This document shows, one piece after another, positions 30,631 to 40,255 of a stretch of DNA of 64,000 nt. Position 1 is the first letter of the stretch; each line of letters begins with the position of its first letter. The notes under the pieces are model-generated. The model did not search any database. It was not told where the DNA came from and saw nothing but the letters and a program-made list of their open reading frames with translations. The position numbers were made by a program, and so were the translations under genes. Source of the DNA: Candidatus Versatilivorator sp. (GTDB lineage Bacteria; Acidobacteriota; Terriglobia; Versatilivoradales; Versatilivoraceae); assembly GCA_965207735.1 (NCBI GenBank), contig OZ242296.1, positions 3,008,001 to 3,072,000 of the forward strand, in the 5' to 3' direction.

Positions 30631-31956
30631 ATGACCACTCGACGTGCGTTTCTCAAGCAACTTGGCGCCGTTTCGGCAGTCTCGCCACTGATAGCGAGTG
30701 CGCTGCCGGCCCGGCCTTCTCCCAAGGACAACGACGCCATGGCCCGGGCGCTCAAGGAGTTCGAGCCTCGGGGCTGGAAGCGGCACATGCTCATTCAGGG
30801 AGACGGCAAGGGAGGCTGGGTGGTTCGGAAGGCCGAGATTAATTTCCATCACTACACCCCTCCGGGCCGCCGCCCCCATCCCCTCCAGGGACAGGGGATC
30901 TGGGCTTTCGGCGTGGTCGAGATGGACAACGGCGAGCTGGTCCTGCTGGCCAGTTGGGACACCGACAGTGACCAGACTCACGGGACCGACCCGACCTGTG
31001 AGGACTTCAAGGGACCCATCGCCTGCGAGAAGCTGATGATCGCCTTCAGCAGCGACAAGGGGCAGACCTGGACCAACTTCCGCAGGATCGAGGGAGGCGA
31101 AGGGCGTCCGGTGCAGTTGACCTATCTGGGCAAGGGGAACCTGATGTTCCAGACCGACCGGGTGAGTCCCATCCTGCAGTACTTCAGCAGCGACTACGGG
31201 CGGACCTGGGAAACCAACGAGTTGCCGCTAAGCTCGGACGGGAAACTCTTCTCACCCTGTGACAGCAACAACCTGGTCGACCGCGATGCCGAGGGCGTCG
31301 CCGTCCGACTCGCCCAGATCGGCTACCAGTGGCCGGCGGAACCGTCCATCGGAATGGTGCGCTGGTCCGAGGACGGTGGCCGGACCTGGGGCAAGGAGGT
31401 CGCGCCGCCCCAGTGGCAGTGGCCGGTGGAATATCGCGGACGCACCTACACCGTGGCCACCAACGAAGGCTCTTTGGTGCGGGCCGCCAACGGCTCGCTG
31501 GTAGCGGCCCTCAGGACCGATCTTCATCCCCGGATTCGGACCCTCAACAACGGGGGTCTGGCGGGTACGGTTGTGTCCATCTCCAAGGATGAGGGACTCA
31601 CCTGGTCGCCGATCAAGGTGCTCTTCGAGGCCGGACGCCACCACCCTCACCTGCTGCGACTGCCCAATGGCGACATCGTGATGACGGTCATCCTGAGACA
31701 GGACGTGGAAAACGGCAAGCTGGTCAGCTACCGCCGCGGCTGCGAAGCGGTGATCAGCCGCGACAACGGCCAGAGCTGGGACGTGGCCCACCGCTACATC
31801 CTGGACGACTTCGAGTACTCCAACGGCCTTCCCCTGAGCACGGCCACCGGCCACCTCTACTCCACCCTGCTCGACGACGGCCACATCCTCACCTGCTACG
31901 GGCACTATCCCTCCAAGGGCGCCTGCCTGATTCGCTGGAAGCCCACCGCGGCCTGA
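30631..31956 (+). CDS. Tat-exported BNR/Asp-box beta-propeller (sialidase-like) protein
   Basis: TRRAFLK; five Asp-boxes; no FRIP motif. Confidence 0.8.
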   Translation: MTTRRAFLKQLGAVSAVSPLIASALPARPSPKDNDAMARALKEFEPRGWKRHMLIQGDGKGGWVVRKAEINFHHYTPPGRRPHPLQGQGIWAFGVVEMDNGELVLLASWDTDSDQTHGTDPTCEDFKGPIACEKLMIAFSSDKGQTWTNFRRIEGGEGRPVQLTYLGKGNLMFQTDRVSPILQYFSSDYGRTWETNELPLSSDGKLFSPCDSNNLVDRDAEGVAVRLAQIGYQWPAEPSIGMVRWSEDGGRTWGKEVAPPQWQWPVEYRGRTYTVATNEGSLVRAANGSLVAALRTDLHPRIRTLNNGGLAGTVVSISKDEGLTWSPIKVLFEAGRHHPHLLRLPNGDIVMTVILRQDVENGKLVSYRRGCEAVISRDNGQSWDVAHRYILDDFEYSNGLPLSTATGHLYSTLLDDGHILTCYGHYPSKGACLIRWKPTAA

Positions 31957-31993
31957 GGGATGGCGATCAGGATCGCCGGTACAGCGGGAGCCC

Positions 31994-33553
31994 GTGATGA
32001 TGCAGAAGGTATCGTTGGAACGGCAAAGCGACCTGCCAAGCCACAGGATGGATTTTCGGCGAAAGACGGGTTTTGCGAGAGACCCGGCCATCGCTCACCC
32101 CATTCGACTCCTCTTTGCCGCTGCTTTCGTGGTCGGCGCCTCCTGTTCAGCATTTGTCTTTGGCCAGGCCAAGGACCCTCTGGACTCCTCGAAGGTGCTG
32201 AAACTGACCACCTTCGCCACCCATTCTTCAGCCACCGCGCCGGAAATCGCCATCGACCTGACCCACCCAAGGGATGGGTCCGGAAGAATCTTTGTCAGCA
32301 CCAACGAGGGCAGGGTCCATGCCTTCTCGTCCAGCGGAAAGACCCTTGGAACCTTCCTGGATTTCAACACGGCTCAAGTTGCCGACTTTGTAGCTGCTCT
32401 GGATTTCACAACCAACGGGCTCTCCTACATGGCGTTCCATCCGGACTACGCCAGAGCCGGCGCTCCGGGAGAAGGAAAGCTTTACACCTTCTACAAGAGC
32501 CGGATGCCGGGAACCCGCGCCCCGGACTACAGCGGAGCCGCACTTGCGACAAGGCCGGGAGACGTGCTCAGTCAGTACGTCCTGGTCGAATGGACCGTCG
32601 ACAGGAACGATCCCAACCGTATCGATAGCGAATCCCGTCGCGAGGTGATCAGGATCGAATTCAGTGGTCCGGGCGACACCGTCCACTCGGTCGGAGAGAT
32701 CAGCTTCAACCCGTTCAGCAGGCCGGGCCAGGCCGACTACGGGAATCTCTACCTCACACTGGGCGACGCCTTTGCCGGAGGGGCTTTGAAGAACTTCCAG
32801 TTCGTGCAGGACCGGGACAATCCGTTCGGCAAGGTGCTGCGCATCAACCCGCTTCAGAAGGGCGACGCCCCTTATTCCGTCCCTCCAGACAATCCATTCC
32901 AGGATGGCGGACCCCTGCTTGACGACGACGACAATGCGGAAGAGATCTTCGCCTGGGGCCTGCGCTATCCCCAGAACTTCAGCTTCGCCAGGGACACTCG
33001 AAACAACCACCGTTTGATCGTATTCGACATCGGCGCCACCGACTTCGAAGAAGTCAACATCGTGGACCTGGGCGACAACCACGGCTGGACGCGCTACCGC
33101 GGCCCGGTCGAAGCGAACCCAAAAACAATACTGAGCCTGCCACCCCGGTCCAGGCTCGAGTTTCCCGCTGCCGTTTATGACCACACCATACCGACCCTTC
33201 CCGGCGAGACCCCCGCAAAGGGAAGCGCGGCCATTACCGGCGGGTTCGTGGTCTCGGATCCTGAAGATCCGGGTTTCCAAGAACAGCTGATCTTCGGCGA
33301 CCTGGCTCGCTGTGCCTTCTTCCACGCCGACTTCGAGGAGTTGCTGGCAGCCGACGCAGCCGATACCCAAGCGCCCGTGCGCGTGATGGCGGTGAGCGTC
33401 GACGGTAGTGCCCCCGGACTCTTCTGTGACTCGATCGGCAAGGATCGCGGCGATGCCCGCTTTGGCGTGGATGAGAGGGGCCGACTCTTCCTGATCAGCA
33501 AACAGACCAACACAATCTTTCTCACCAACCTGATCGCCGACCAGTCGCCCTGA
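31994..33553 (+). CDS. PQQ-dependent glucose/sorbosone dehydrogenase-like propeller
   Basis: AFHPDY, LGD, GKVLRINP, YSVPPDNPF, AWGLR.P, EEVN, ITGGFV; start may be 32048. Confidence 0.85.
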   Translation: MMMQKVSLERQSDLPSHRMDFRRKTGFARDPAIAHPIRLLFAAAFVVGASCSAFVFGQAKDPLDSSKVLKLTTFATHSSATAPEIAIDLTHPRDGSGRIFVSTNEGRVHAFSSSGKTLGTFLDFNTAQVADFVAALDFTTNGLSYMAFHPDYARAGAPGEGKLYTFYKSRMPGTRAPDYSGAALATRPGDVLSQYVLVEWTVDRNDPNRIDSESRREVIRIEFSGPGDTVHSVGEISFNPFSRPGQADYGNLYLTLGDAFAGGALKNFQFVQDRDNPFGKVLRINPLQKGDAPYSVPPDNPFQDGGPLLDDDDNAEEIFAWGLRYPQNFSFARDTRNNHRLIVFDIGATDFEEVNIVDLGDNHGWTRYRGPVEANPKTILSLPPRSRLEFPAAVYDHTIPTLPGETPAKGSAAITGGFVVSDPEDPGFQEQLIFGDLARCAFFHADFEELLAADAADTQAPVRVMAVSVDGSAPGLFCDSIGKDRGDARFGVDERGRLFLISKQTNTIFLTNLIADQSP

Positions 33554-33572
33554 CCCCAGGATGGGTGCACGG

Positions 33573-35084
33573 CTATCGATCCCCGCGGGGCCGGACCGCG
33601 CTGACCAGTTGCGCGTAGAGTAGTGTCACCAGGCAGGAGGAGGGGATGATCCACATGAAGGACAACGGGCGATCTTCGGGGAAGACGCCGAAAGTATGCC
33701 CCCAGCCCACCACCAGGCCGAAGAGCATGCCCGCGCAGGTGGCCTGAACGGCGATGGGGCCGGTGCAGCGCCTCACCCAGATGGCCGCCAGGAACAACCC
33801 GCCCAACCCGCCCACCGGGAAGCTGCTCACCCGTTGGGCCAGCTCCAGCAGATTGCCCCGGATGTGTTCCGGGATCAGAAACAGCGCCAGGCACATCAGG
33901 ATCGACAACAAACCCACGGCCACGGTAAGCCCGCGGGCCAGCAGGAGCTGGGCCGCGGGTGCCAACGGCGTCGCACGCCAGCGTTCCACGTAGTCCACGC
34001 TGATGACGGTAGCCACCGAGTTCATCCCCGAGTCCAGGCTGGACATGGCGGCGCTGAACAGGGCCGCCACCACCAGCCCCGCCAGACCGCGCGGGAGCTG
34101 CGAGCGAATGAAGTAGGGAAAGGTCTGGTCGGCGTCGGCCGGAGGCTGGCCCTGGTAATAAGTGTAGAGAGCTATGCCCACAGCCACCAGCGCCAGCGTC
34201 ACCAGCAAGCCGGAAATCAGGTCGCAGGCGCTGGACCAGCGGGCCGCTCTCGCCGAAGCGGTGGACATCAGCCGCTGGACAGCCACCTGGTCGCCGGCAT
34301 AGGTGCAGACGTACCAGAAAAAGCCCAGCAGGCCCATTCCCACCAGCGTAACCCGTTCGTAGGGGTCGAAGCTGAAAATGGGCTGGACCGGCCGATCGGC
34401 GGCGTCGATGGCCTGCCACCAGGCAACCGGCCCCGTTCCGGTTTCGGCAACCACATAGGCCACGGTGAAGAGGGCGCCGCCGAAGAGAATGAAGAACTGG
34501 GCCACGTCGGTCCAGATCACGGCGCGCATCCCGCCCAGGGTGGTGTAGACCACCGCGATCACCCCGATGCCCGCCAGGATGAGCAGCCGGTCCAGCTGGG
34601 TGATCTGCGCCAGCGCCAGGGTCGAGGAAAAGAGCACCAGCCCCATCCAGTTCAGGCGAACGACCAGGAAGATGGCGGAGGCGAACATGCGGGTGCCGAC
34701 GTCGAACCGCTGCTCCAGATACTCGTAGATGCTGGTGACCCGCAGGCGCAGAAAGACCGGCACCAGCCCGTAGGCGATGACCAGGTAGATGAGGGGATAG
34801 AAGACCAGGCCGCCCATGGCCCCCATGACGCCGTACTTGATGACCTCGCCGGGTGTGGCCAGGTAGCTGACGGTAGAGGTCAAAGTGGCCATCAGGCTCA
34901 GCCCCACCGCGAACCAGGGCATGCGGCGTCCCCCGAGGAAATACTCTTCCGCGGAGTGTTGGCGGCGGGAGAAGATCAGGGCCATCCACACGGTAGCCAC
35001 CAAATAGGCCCCGATCATGGAGTAGTCCAGCCATTGAAGTTGGTGGAAGGCAGCCTCGACCGCGGTGGGAGCCTCGAGCGGCAT
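33573..35084 (-). CDS. Sodium:solute symporter (SiaT/NanT-like group possible)
   Basis: YFLGGR, SIYEYLEQRF, GGMRAVIWTD, DQVAVQR, AAMSSLDS. Confidence 0.9.
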   Translation of the reverse strand: MPLEAPTAVEAAFHQLQWLDYSMIGAYLVATVWMALIFSRRQHSAEEYFLGGRRMPWFAVGLSLMATLTSTVSYLATPGEVIKYGVMGAMGGLVFYPLIYLVIAYGLVPVFLRLRVTSIYEYLEQRFDVGTRMFASAIFLVVRLNWMGLVLFSSTLALAQITQLDRLLILAGIGVIAVVYTTLGGMRAVIWTDVAQFFILFGGALFTVAYVVAETGTGPVAWWQAIDAADRPVQPIFSFDPYERVTLVGMGLLGFFWYVCTYAGDQVAVQRLMSTASARAARWSSACDLISGLLVTLALVAVGIALYTYYQGQPPADADQTFPYFIRSQLPRGLAGLVVAALFSAAMSSLDSGMNSVATVISVDYVERWRATPLAPAAQLLLARGLTVAVGLLSILMCLALFLIPEHIRGNLLELAQRVSSFPVGGLGGLFLAAIWVRRCTGPIAVQATCAGMLFGLVVGWGHTFGVFPEDRPLSFMWIIPSSCLVTLLYAQLVSAVRPRGDR

Positions 35085-35397
35085 GGCGGTTTTCTCGGGG
35101 CAAGGTGGTAGCCGGATCCCGGGCGGCTGATATCGATAGGACCATAGACGGCGCGGGCGGATGGAACTACAGGTTAGCCACGCCCCCATCCCACAGAACG
35201 GGACGGATCATACAGAGTTAAAAACCGGAAGTTCATGGCCTGTCGGGAACAAGGGCTTTGTCGTGCTAATTCGGATTGCTGCGTAATTGAACATTGATGC
35301 ACAGGATAGACAGGATTAACAGGAAAAGACTCTGCGCCACAGGAATCTGACTGGTTGATGATCGAGCGCGCCTTTGTGGATAACTCCTTTTTCTCTT

Positions 35398-35572
35398 GAG
35401 GCGTTTGCAAAATGCGGCAGCGGGATTCTTGCCGGGAATGGCCACAAAAGGCACAAAAACACAAAAAGAGCGGAACGAATCAAGAATTCGTTTTGTGCCT
35501 TTTGTGGTGAACCCGCAATTCCCACCGGGTCGCACCCGATATTGAAAAAGGCAGAACATCACGTTTGCCGGC
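35398..35572. mobile_element. Truncated inverted copy of the 35930-36267 MITE
   Basis: Aligns with the reverse complement of 35966-36267 apart from an internal deletion. Confidence 0.7.
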
Positions 35573-35690
35573 GAATTCAAAGACGAACCACGAATGGACA
35601 CGAATAGGGATGGACCCCCTTCAATGACCAACCGCGCCCGAATGTATCTGCGATATCGTGACCTTGATATCCCGACGTCATGGGAGGGAG

Positions 35691-35848
35691 CCACCCGGGA
35701 GCGCGGGCGTCCCGCCCGCAACCTTATTCGTGCAAGCAGCCTGCGATCCAGGGGCATTCCCTCGAACAGTGCACCAAACCGGCCTTTGCAGGGTTCGCTA
35801 CTATGGTGCCAAGTCCTATGCGGGCGAGACGCCCGCGCTCCCGGGTGG
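35691..35848. repeat. REP doublet (REPIN-like)
   Basis: ccacccgggagcgcgggcgtcccgcccgca ... tgcgggcgagacgcccgcgctcccgggtgg, ~30-bp inverted pair, each arm itself palindromic. Confidence 0.85.
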
Positions 35849-35929
35849 GCGTTCTCCCATTCACTCTTGCTCCTCAAGAGAGCGTGTCGGGTTGCCGGGC
35901 CGCAGCCCTGCCGTGCAGGTCATGCGAAA

Positions 35930-36267
35930 GAGCCTCTTGCAATATCGGCAGTGGGACAGGTCGTTTTGCCGGCAATCGTGATGTTCTGCCTATTTCAATA
36001 GTCGGGTGCGACTTGGTGAAAAAGGGGAGTTCACCACAAAAAGCACAAAAGGCACAAAACGGATTTCGTGATTTCGAGTCTTGGCAATCCGAAGTTGATC
36101 CCCATGGCGACGGGTTGACCGGATGTATGCAGATAGCGCGGAACTTGTGCGACGGGTTCGGGAGTCAACGTCTTGCAGGCTTTCAGTGTTCTGCTCTTTT
36201 TGTGTTTTTTGTGCCTTTTGTGGCCATTTCCGGCAAAGGTCACGCTGCCGAATTTTGCAAAAGGCTC
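35930..36267. mobile_element. Non-coding MITE-like element (338 bp)
   Basis: Imperfect ~22-bp TIRs GAGCCTCTTGCAATATCGGCAG / CTGCCGAATTTTGCAAAAGGCTC; internal CACAAAA and TTTTGTG arrays; no clear TSD. Confidence 0.7.
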
Positions 36268-36599
36268 ATCATTACGTCGGCTTGTGCGTCACTTCGGCTC
36301 ACCGGCATTTGCTGCCGCCGCTTCGCCGCTCTCAAGGAAGCCGGCTAAAGCAGCATATTCTCAGGTAAGTCCGGCCCCCGCCCTGGTGTGCGGATCATAC
36401 ATAGAGTGAAACAATCAGAAATCGATCAACCCTTCGTGAACTTGGTACCCCGTCGCGGTCAACCTCAGCGCCTTCGTGCCCCTTCGTGGTCCTTCGTGAC
36501 CCTTCGTGGATAAGTCTTTTTCTTTTGTCGTTTTGTCGTTTGTCGGTTGTTTCAGACAAGTCCCGCCCCCGCCCCCCACGACGGGCGGATCATTCGAGG

Positions 36600-36800
36600 G
36601 TGAAACAACGGATCATTGTGAAAGAATAAGCACCTGGCGAGACTCCGGCAGCTACGCCCCGTTCCAGCATTGGTGCCCCGTGCCCCAAGACAAGTCTGGG
36701 TCCGAGCAGGTCATCATTCATTAGTGAGGCTTCCCGGGAAGCTCTCCTCAAGGCAAGAATCCGAACGACCACGCCAACTCGGGCCGGAGCCCTCGCCCTG
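36600..36800. ncRNA. Candidate IS110 bridge/seek RNA
   Basis: Closing stem 36636-36649/36783-36797; AGACAAGTC and AGGCAAG segments matching the two junctions; ends and strand unknown. Confidence 0.55.
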
Positions 36801-36815
36801 GAGGAGGCCAATCTC

Positions 36816-38222
36816 ATGCAAAAGAGCAGGAAAGTCAACACGAAGGCGAAGAAGACCCCGAAGAAGAAGCGCAGCCGTTCGACAGCCTTGTCGCGGATCC
36901 ACCCCGAGGTGGCAGGGATCGACCTGGGGAGTCGGGAGCACTGGGTGTGCGCTCCGGAGGTGACCCCAGGGAAGCCGAACGTGCGCACCTTCGGCACCAC
37001 CATGGAGCAGTTGCAGCAACTGGCCGACTGGTTGCTGGAGCAAGGGGTGGAGTCGGTGGCGATGGAGAGCACCAACGTGTATTGGATTCCCCTCTACGAA
37101 CTGCTGGAGTCCTGCGGCATCGAGGTCTTGCTGGTCAACGCCCGGCAGTTGCGCTACGTTCCGGGCCGCAAGACCGACATGCGGGACTGCCAGTGGATCC
37201 AGTTGCTGCACAGTTGCGGCTTGCTGCGGGGATCCTTCCGTCCGCACGAGGCGATCGTCCGGGTTCGGACCCTGCACCGGCAACTGAGCACTCTGGGGGC
37301 CGAGAGTACCCGCTTTGTGCAGTGGATGCAGAAGGCGCTGGATCAGATGAACGTCCAGATCCATCGTGCGGTCACCGATCTGACCGGTCAGACGGGGATG
37401 GCGATCGTGCGGGCGATTGTCGACGGCGAACGGGACCCGGTCCGTCTGGCGGGTCTGCGGGACCGACGGTGCAAGAAGTCCAGCCGGGAGTTTGCCGAGC
37501 ACCTCAGAGGCAACTGGCGAGAAGAGCATCTGTTCAACCTCAAGTCGGCGCTGAAGCTCTACGACATGACTCAACGCGAGATTGCGGCCTATGAGGCCCG
37601 CATCCTGGAGGAAATCCAGGCGCTGCAACCGGTGGAGCGCCACGACCAGCCCGTGCCGAAGCATCCCAATGCGATCAAGGAAAAGGCGATTCGCCGCCGC
37701 GGTGGGCACCACCTGCGCACCGAACTGTGGCGCTTTGCCGGAGTCGATCTGACGCGTATCGACGGCATCGGCACCGAAGCGGCCCTGACCCTGCTGACTG
37801 AGGCCGGCCTCGACCTGACGGCCTTCCCCTCGGAGAAGCACTTTGTATCCTGGCTGCGCCTGGCTCCAAAAACGGCCGTCTCCGCAGGCAAGCCGCTCCA
37901 CTACAAGAAGGCCAACAGCACCGGGTCTACTCGCGCCGCCGCCGTCCTGCGCATGGCAGCCGTCTCTCTGAAGCACTCCAAGACCGCTCTGGGGGCCGCC
38001 TTCCGTCGCAAGGCCCGCCACAAGGGATGGAGTGTCGCCGTCTTCTCCATGGCTCGCCGGCTGGCCGTTCTCGTCTACCGCATGCTGCGCTACGGCCAGG
38101 ACTACATCGACATCGGGGAAGCGTGCTACGAGGACCGGTTCCGGCGACGACGCCTCGCGGGCCTCAAAGATGCCGCTAAGTCTCTTGGTTTCAACCTCGT
38201 TCCACAAATCGCAGCCGCTTGA
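36816..38222 (+). CDS. IS110 family transposase/recombinase
   Basis: DEDD residues (GIDLG, AMESTNVYW, KTDMRD); C-terminal SAGK serine; GGAGG RBS. Confidence 0.95.
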   Translation: MQKSRKVNTKAKKTPKKKRSRSTALSRIHPEVAGIDLGSREHWVCAPEVTPGKPNVRTFGTTMEQLQQLADWLLEQGVESVAMESTNVYWIPLYELLESCGIEVLLVNARQLRYVPGRKTDMRDCQWIQLLHSCGLLRGSFRPHEAIVRVRTLHRQLSTLGAESTRFVQWMQKALDQMNVQIHRAVTDLTGQTGMAIVRAIVDGERDPVRLAGLRDRRCKKSSREFAEHLRGNWREEHLFNLKSALKLYDMTQREIAAYEARILEEIQALQPVERHDQPVPKHPNAIKEKAIRRRGGHHLRTELWRFAGVDLTRIDGIGTEAALTLLTEAGLDLTAFPSEKHFVSWLRLAPKTAVSAGKPLHYKKANSTGSTRAAAVLRMAAVSLKHSKTALGAAFRRKARHKGWSVAVFSMARRLAVLVYRMLRYGQDYIDIGEACYEDRFRRRRLAGLKDAAKSLGFNLVPQIAAA

Positions 38223-38301
38223 ACTGCGGGGTTGTTTCAGGCAAGCGCGAACGCCCGATTGCCAGCTCGCAGGCCGGGGACGGCACTCAACTACTTGTGC
38301 C

Positions 38302-39099
38302 TCAGGAGCTTGAGGCAGGCTGGATCTCTCGAATCCGCCTGGCGACCTCCGATGCGTGCCGGTAGAGGGTGATCCAGTCGCCGTCCACCGCGATCCAGGA
38401 AAGCCCCAGGGCCAGCCAGCGCCGGATGCCCTGCGGGTCGTAGCCGGTGGAATGGCCAACGGGGATCCCCTTCCGGATGGCTGCCCGGTAAATCTTCTCG
38501 CAGGCGGCCGTCACCTCCGGATGTCCGGCATGGCCGCCCAGCCCCATGCTGGCGCTCAGGTCGCCCGGTCCGGCCACGATGCTGTCCAGGCCCGGAATGT
38601 CCAGGATGGCGTCGATCTCTTCCACGGCCTGGATGTGCTCGATCTGGAGTATCAGCAGCATCTGCCGGTCGATCTCGGCCAGGTATTGCGGCGGCGCCAC
38701 AGCTCCGAACCGCACCCCTCGGGCCGGACCGAACCCGCGCACGCCCCGGGGCGGGTAGTGGAAACTGGCCACGGCCCGTTTGGCATCGTGAATGCTTTCG
38801 ATGCGGGGAACGATGACGGCGGCGGGGTGCAGTTCCAGGTAGGGCTTCATGACCACCGGATCGTTGGAAGGCACCCTCACGAAAGCGGCGGCGCCCGCGC
38901 CTCGCGCAGCCCGGATGTGGTCCAGCGCCTGGGAGAGGCTGATGGCCGAGTGCTCGCAGTCGATCCACACGAAGTCGTAGCCCGCCTCCCCGAACAGTTC
39001 GCTCACGGCCGCATCGGTCAGGGCGACCGCCGTGCCCAGGGAGAGCTCTCCCCGCTTCCACTGGTCTCTGATCTTCTCGATCTGGTTCATGGTCTCCAT
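38302..39099 (-). CDS. HpcH/HpaI class II aldolase
   Basis: WIDCEH, YPPRGVRG, QIEH, GPGDLS. Confidence 0.92.
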   Translation of the reverse strand: METMNQIEKIRDQWKRGELSLGTAVALTDAAVSELFGEAGYDFVWIDCEHSAISLSQALDHIRAARGAGAAAFVRVPSNDPVVMKPYLELHPAAVIVPRIESIHDAKRAVASFHYPPRGVRGFGPARGVRFGAVAPPQYLAEIDRQMLLILQIEHIQAVEEIDAILDIPGLDSIVAGPGDLSASMGLGGHAGHPEVTAACEKIYRAAIRKGIPVGHSTGYDPQGIRRWLALGLSWIAVDGDWITLYRHASEVARRIREIQPASSS

Positions 39100-39160
39100 T
39101 CTCGCTTTCCGGACGACACGATCGTTTCCCCGGCCGGCGGGCGATTCCCGCCAAGGCCCT

Positions 39161-39976
39161 TCAATTCAGGGCTTCCACCCGCTGGCTCTGGCTCAGCAAC
39201 TGCTTTCCCCGATCCGACAGTTCCTCGTAGTCCCGCGCCGCCATCCGGATAGGGTGGTTGCGGGAATCGTACCAGGAAAGCCGGTAGCTGATGTCCAGCT
39301 CCATGCGGGCATGGTCGGAGCGGTTGGGCGTCCCCCGATGGATCACCCGCGCATCGCAAATGTAGGCGGAGCCGCGCTTCAGGTTCAGGCGCATCCTGGA
39401 AGGATAGCGCCCCGACTCGATCATTCGGTTCAATTCCCGGCCCCCGCCCGACCCCGGCATATGGCTCAGTTCGGGCACGCCGCAGTGATGGGTGCTGGGC
39501 AAAAGCTCGAAGCTGCCGTTCTGCTCGTTGGTGTCCACCAGGGCAACCTTCAGCGACAGGGCCGGAAAGACCGGCAACACCACGTTGGCCGCAAACAGCT
39601 CGCCGTCCCGGTGCCAGTTCATGACGCCGCATCCCGGGCAGGGATGGTAGGAGATATAGTCGCTGATCAGGAAATCGCTGCTGCCCCACAACCGTTCCAG
39701 CAACTGAAGGACGGTGGCGTTTTCATAGAGGGCTGGATCGGCGAACGGCATCCTCCAGGGCGTTTCGATCTTGTAGCGCAGCGGCTCGGTGACGCGGCCG
39801 CGGCCGGTGTCCAGATCCCCGCTCAGGACCTTGCAGTCGCGGGACCGAACCCGCTCCAGCATGGGCAGCAATTCCGCGTGAAGCGCTTCGACCTTGCTGG
39901 ACGGGATGAAGTCCTCGAAGACCACGTAGCCGTTGATCAGGAATTCCTGGATCAGTTGATCGATCGGAACCGGCAT
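39161..39976 (-). CDS. Phytanoyl-CoA dioxygenase (PhyH) family protein
   Basis: NGYVVF, WHRD, NGSFELLPSTH, HRGTPNRS. Confidence 0.88.
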   Translation of the reverse strand: MPVPIDQLIQEFLINGYVVFEDFIPSSKVEALHAELLPMLERVRSRDCKVLSGDLDTGRGRVTEPLRYKIETPWRMPFADPALYENATVLQLLERLWGSSDFLISDYISYHPCPGCGVMNWHRDGELFAANVVLPVFPALSLKVALVDTNEQNGSFELLPSTHHCGVPELSHMPGSGGGRELNRMIESGRYPSRMRLNLKRGSAYICDARVIHRGTPNRSDHARMELDISYRLSWYDSRNHPIRMAARDYEELSDRGKQLLSQSQRVEALN

Positions 39977-40255
39977 GCTGTCCTAACCTGAAACACCCCT
40001 GTTTCACCCTGTATCACCGGCCCCGTTATATGGAGAAACGGCGACCCGGCCAAGTGAAAAGTGAATAGTGGCTAGTGGAGAGTGAAGAGCTATTGGATCG
40101 ACACGCAAAGCATCTTGTCGGTTTCGGCGCAGTCTCTCTAGTAAGCGCAGTCAGGTCATCAAGCGCTTGTCCGTTCCCGAAACCCTCGGCTGGCCGCTCT
40201 CCTCTCTCCACTCGTCAGGAGTCTACCTGTTTGGCGGTGTTGGGGACAACCTGGG

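Larger units (their letters stand above)
36556..38240 (+). mobile_element. IS110-family element with ~260-nt non-coding left end
   Basis: Junction motif GGTTGTTTCAG(A/G)CAAG at 36545-36560 and 38230-38245; exact crossover within the shared motif is ambiguous. Confidence 0.85.

Noticed and set aside
35174-36724. Cys/Phe-rich ORFs and a possible CRISPR array in the repeat region
   Set aside because: ORFs are translations of short-period repeats; no constant repeat with unique regular spacers and no cas genes
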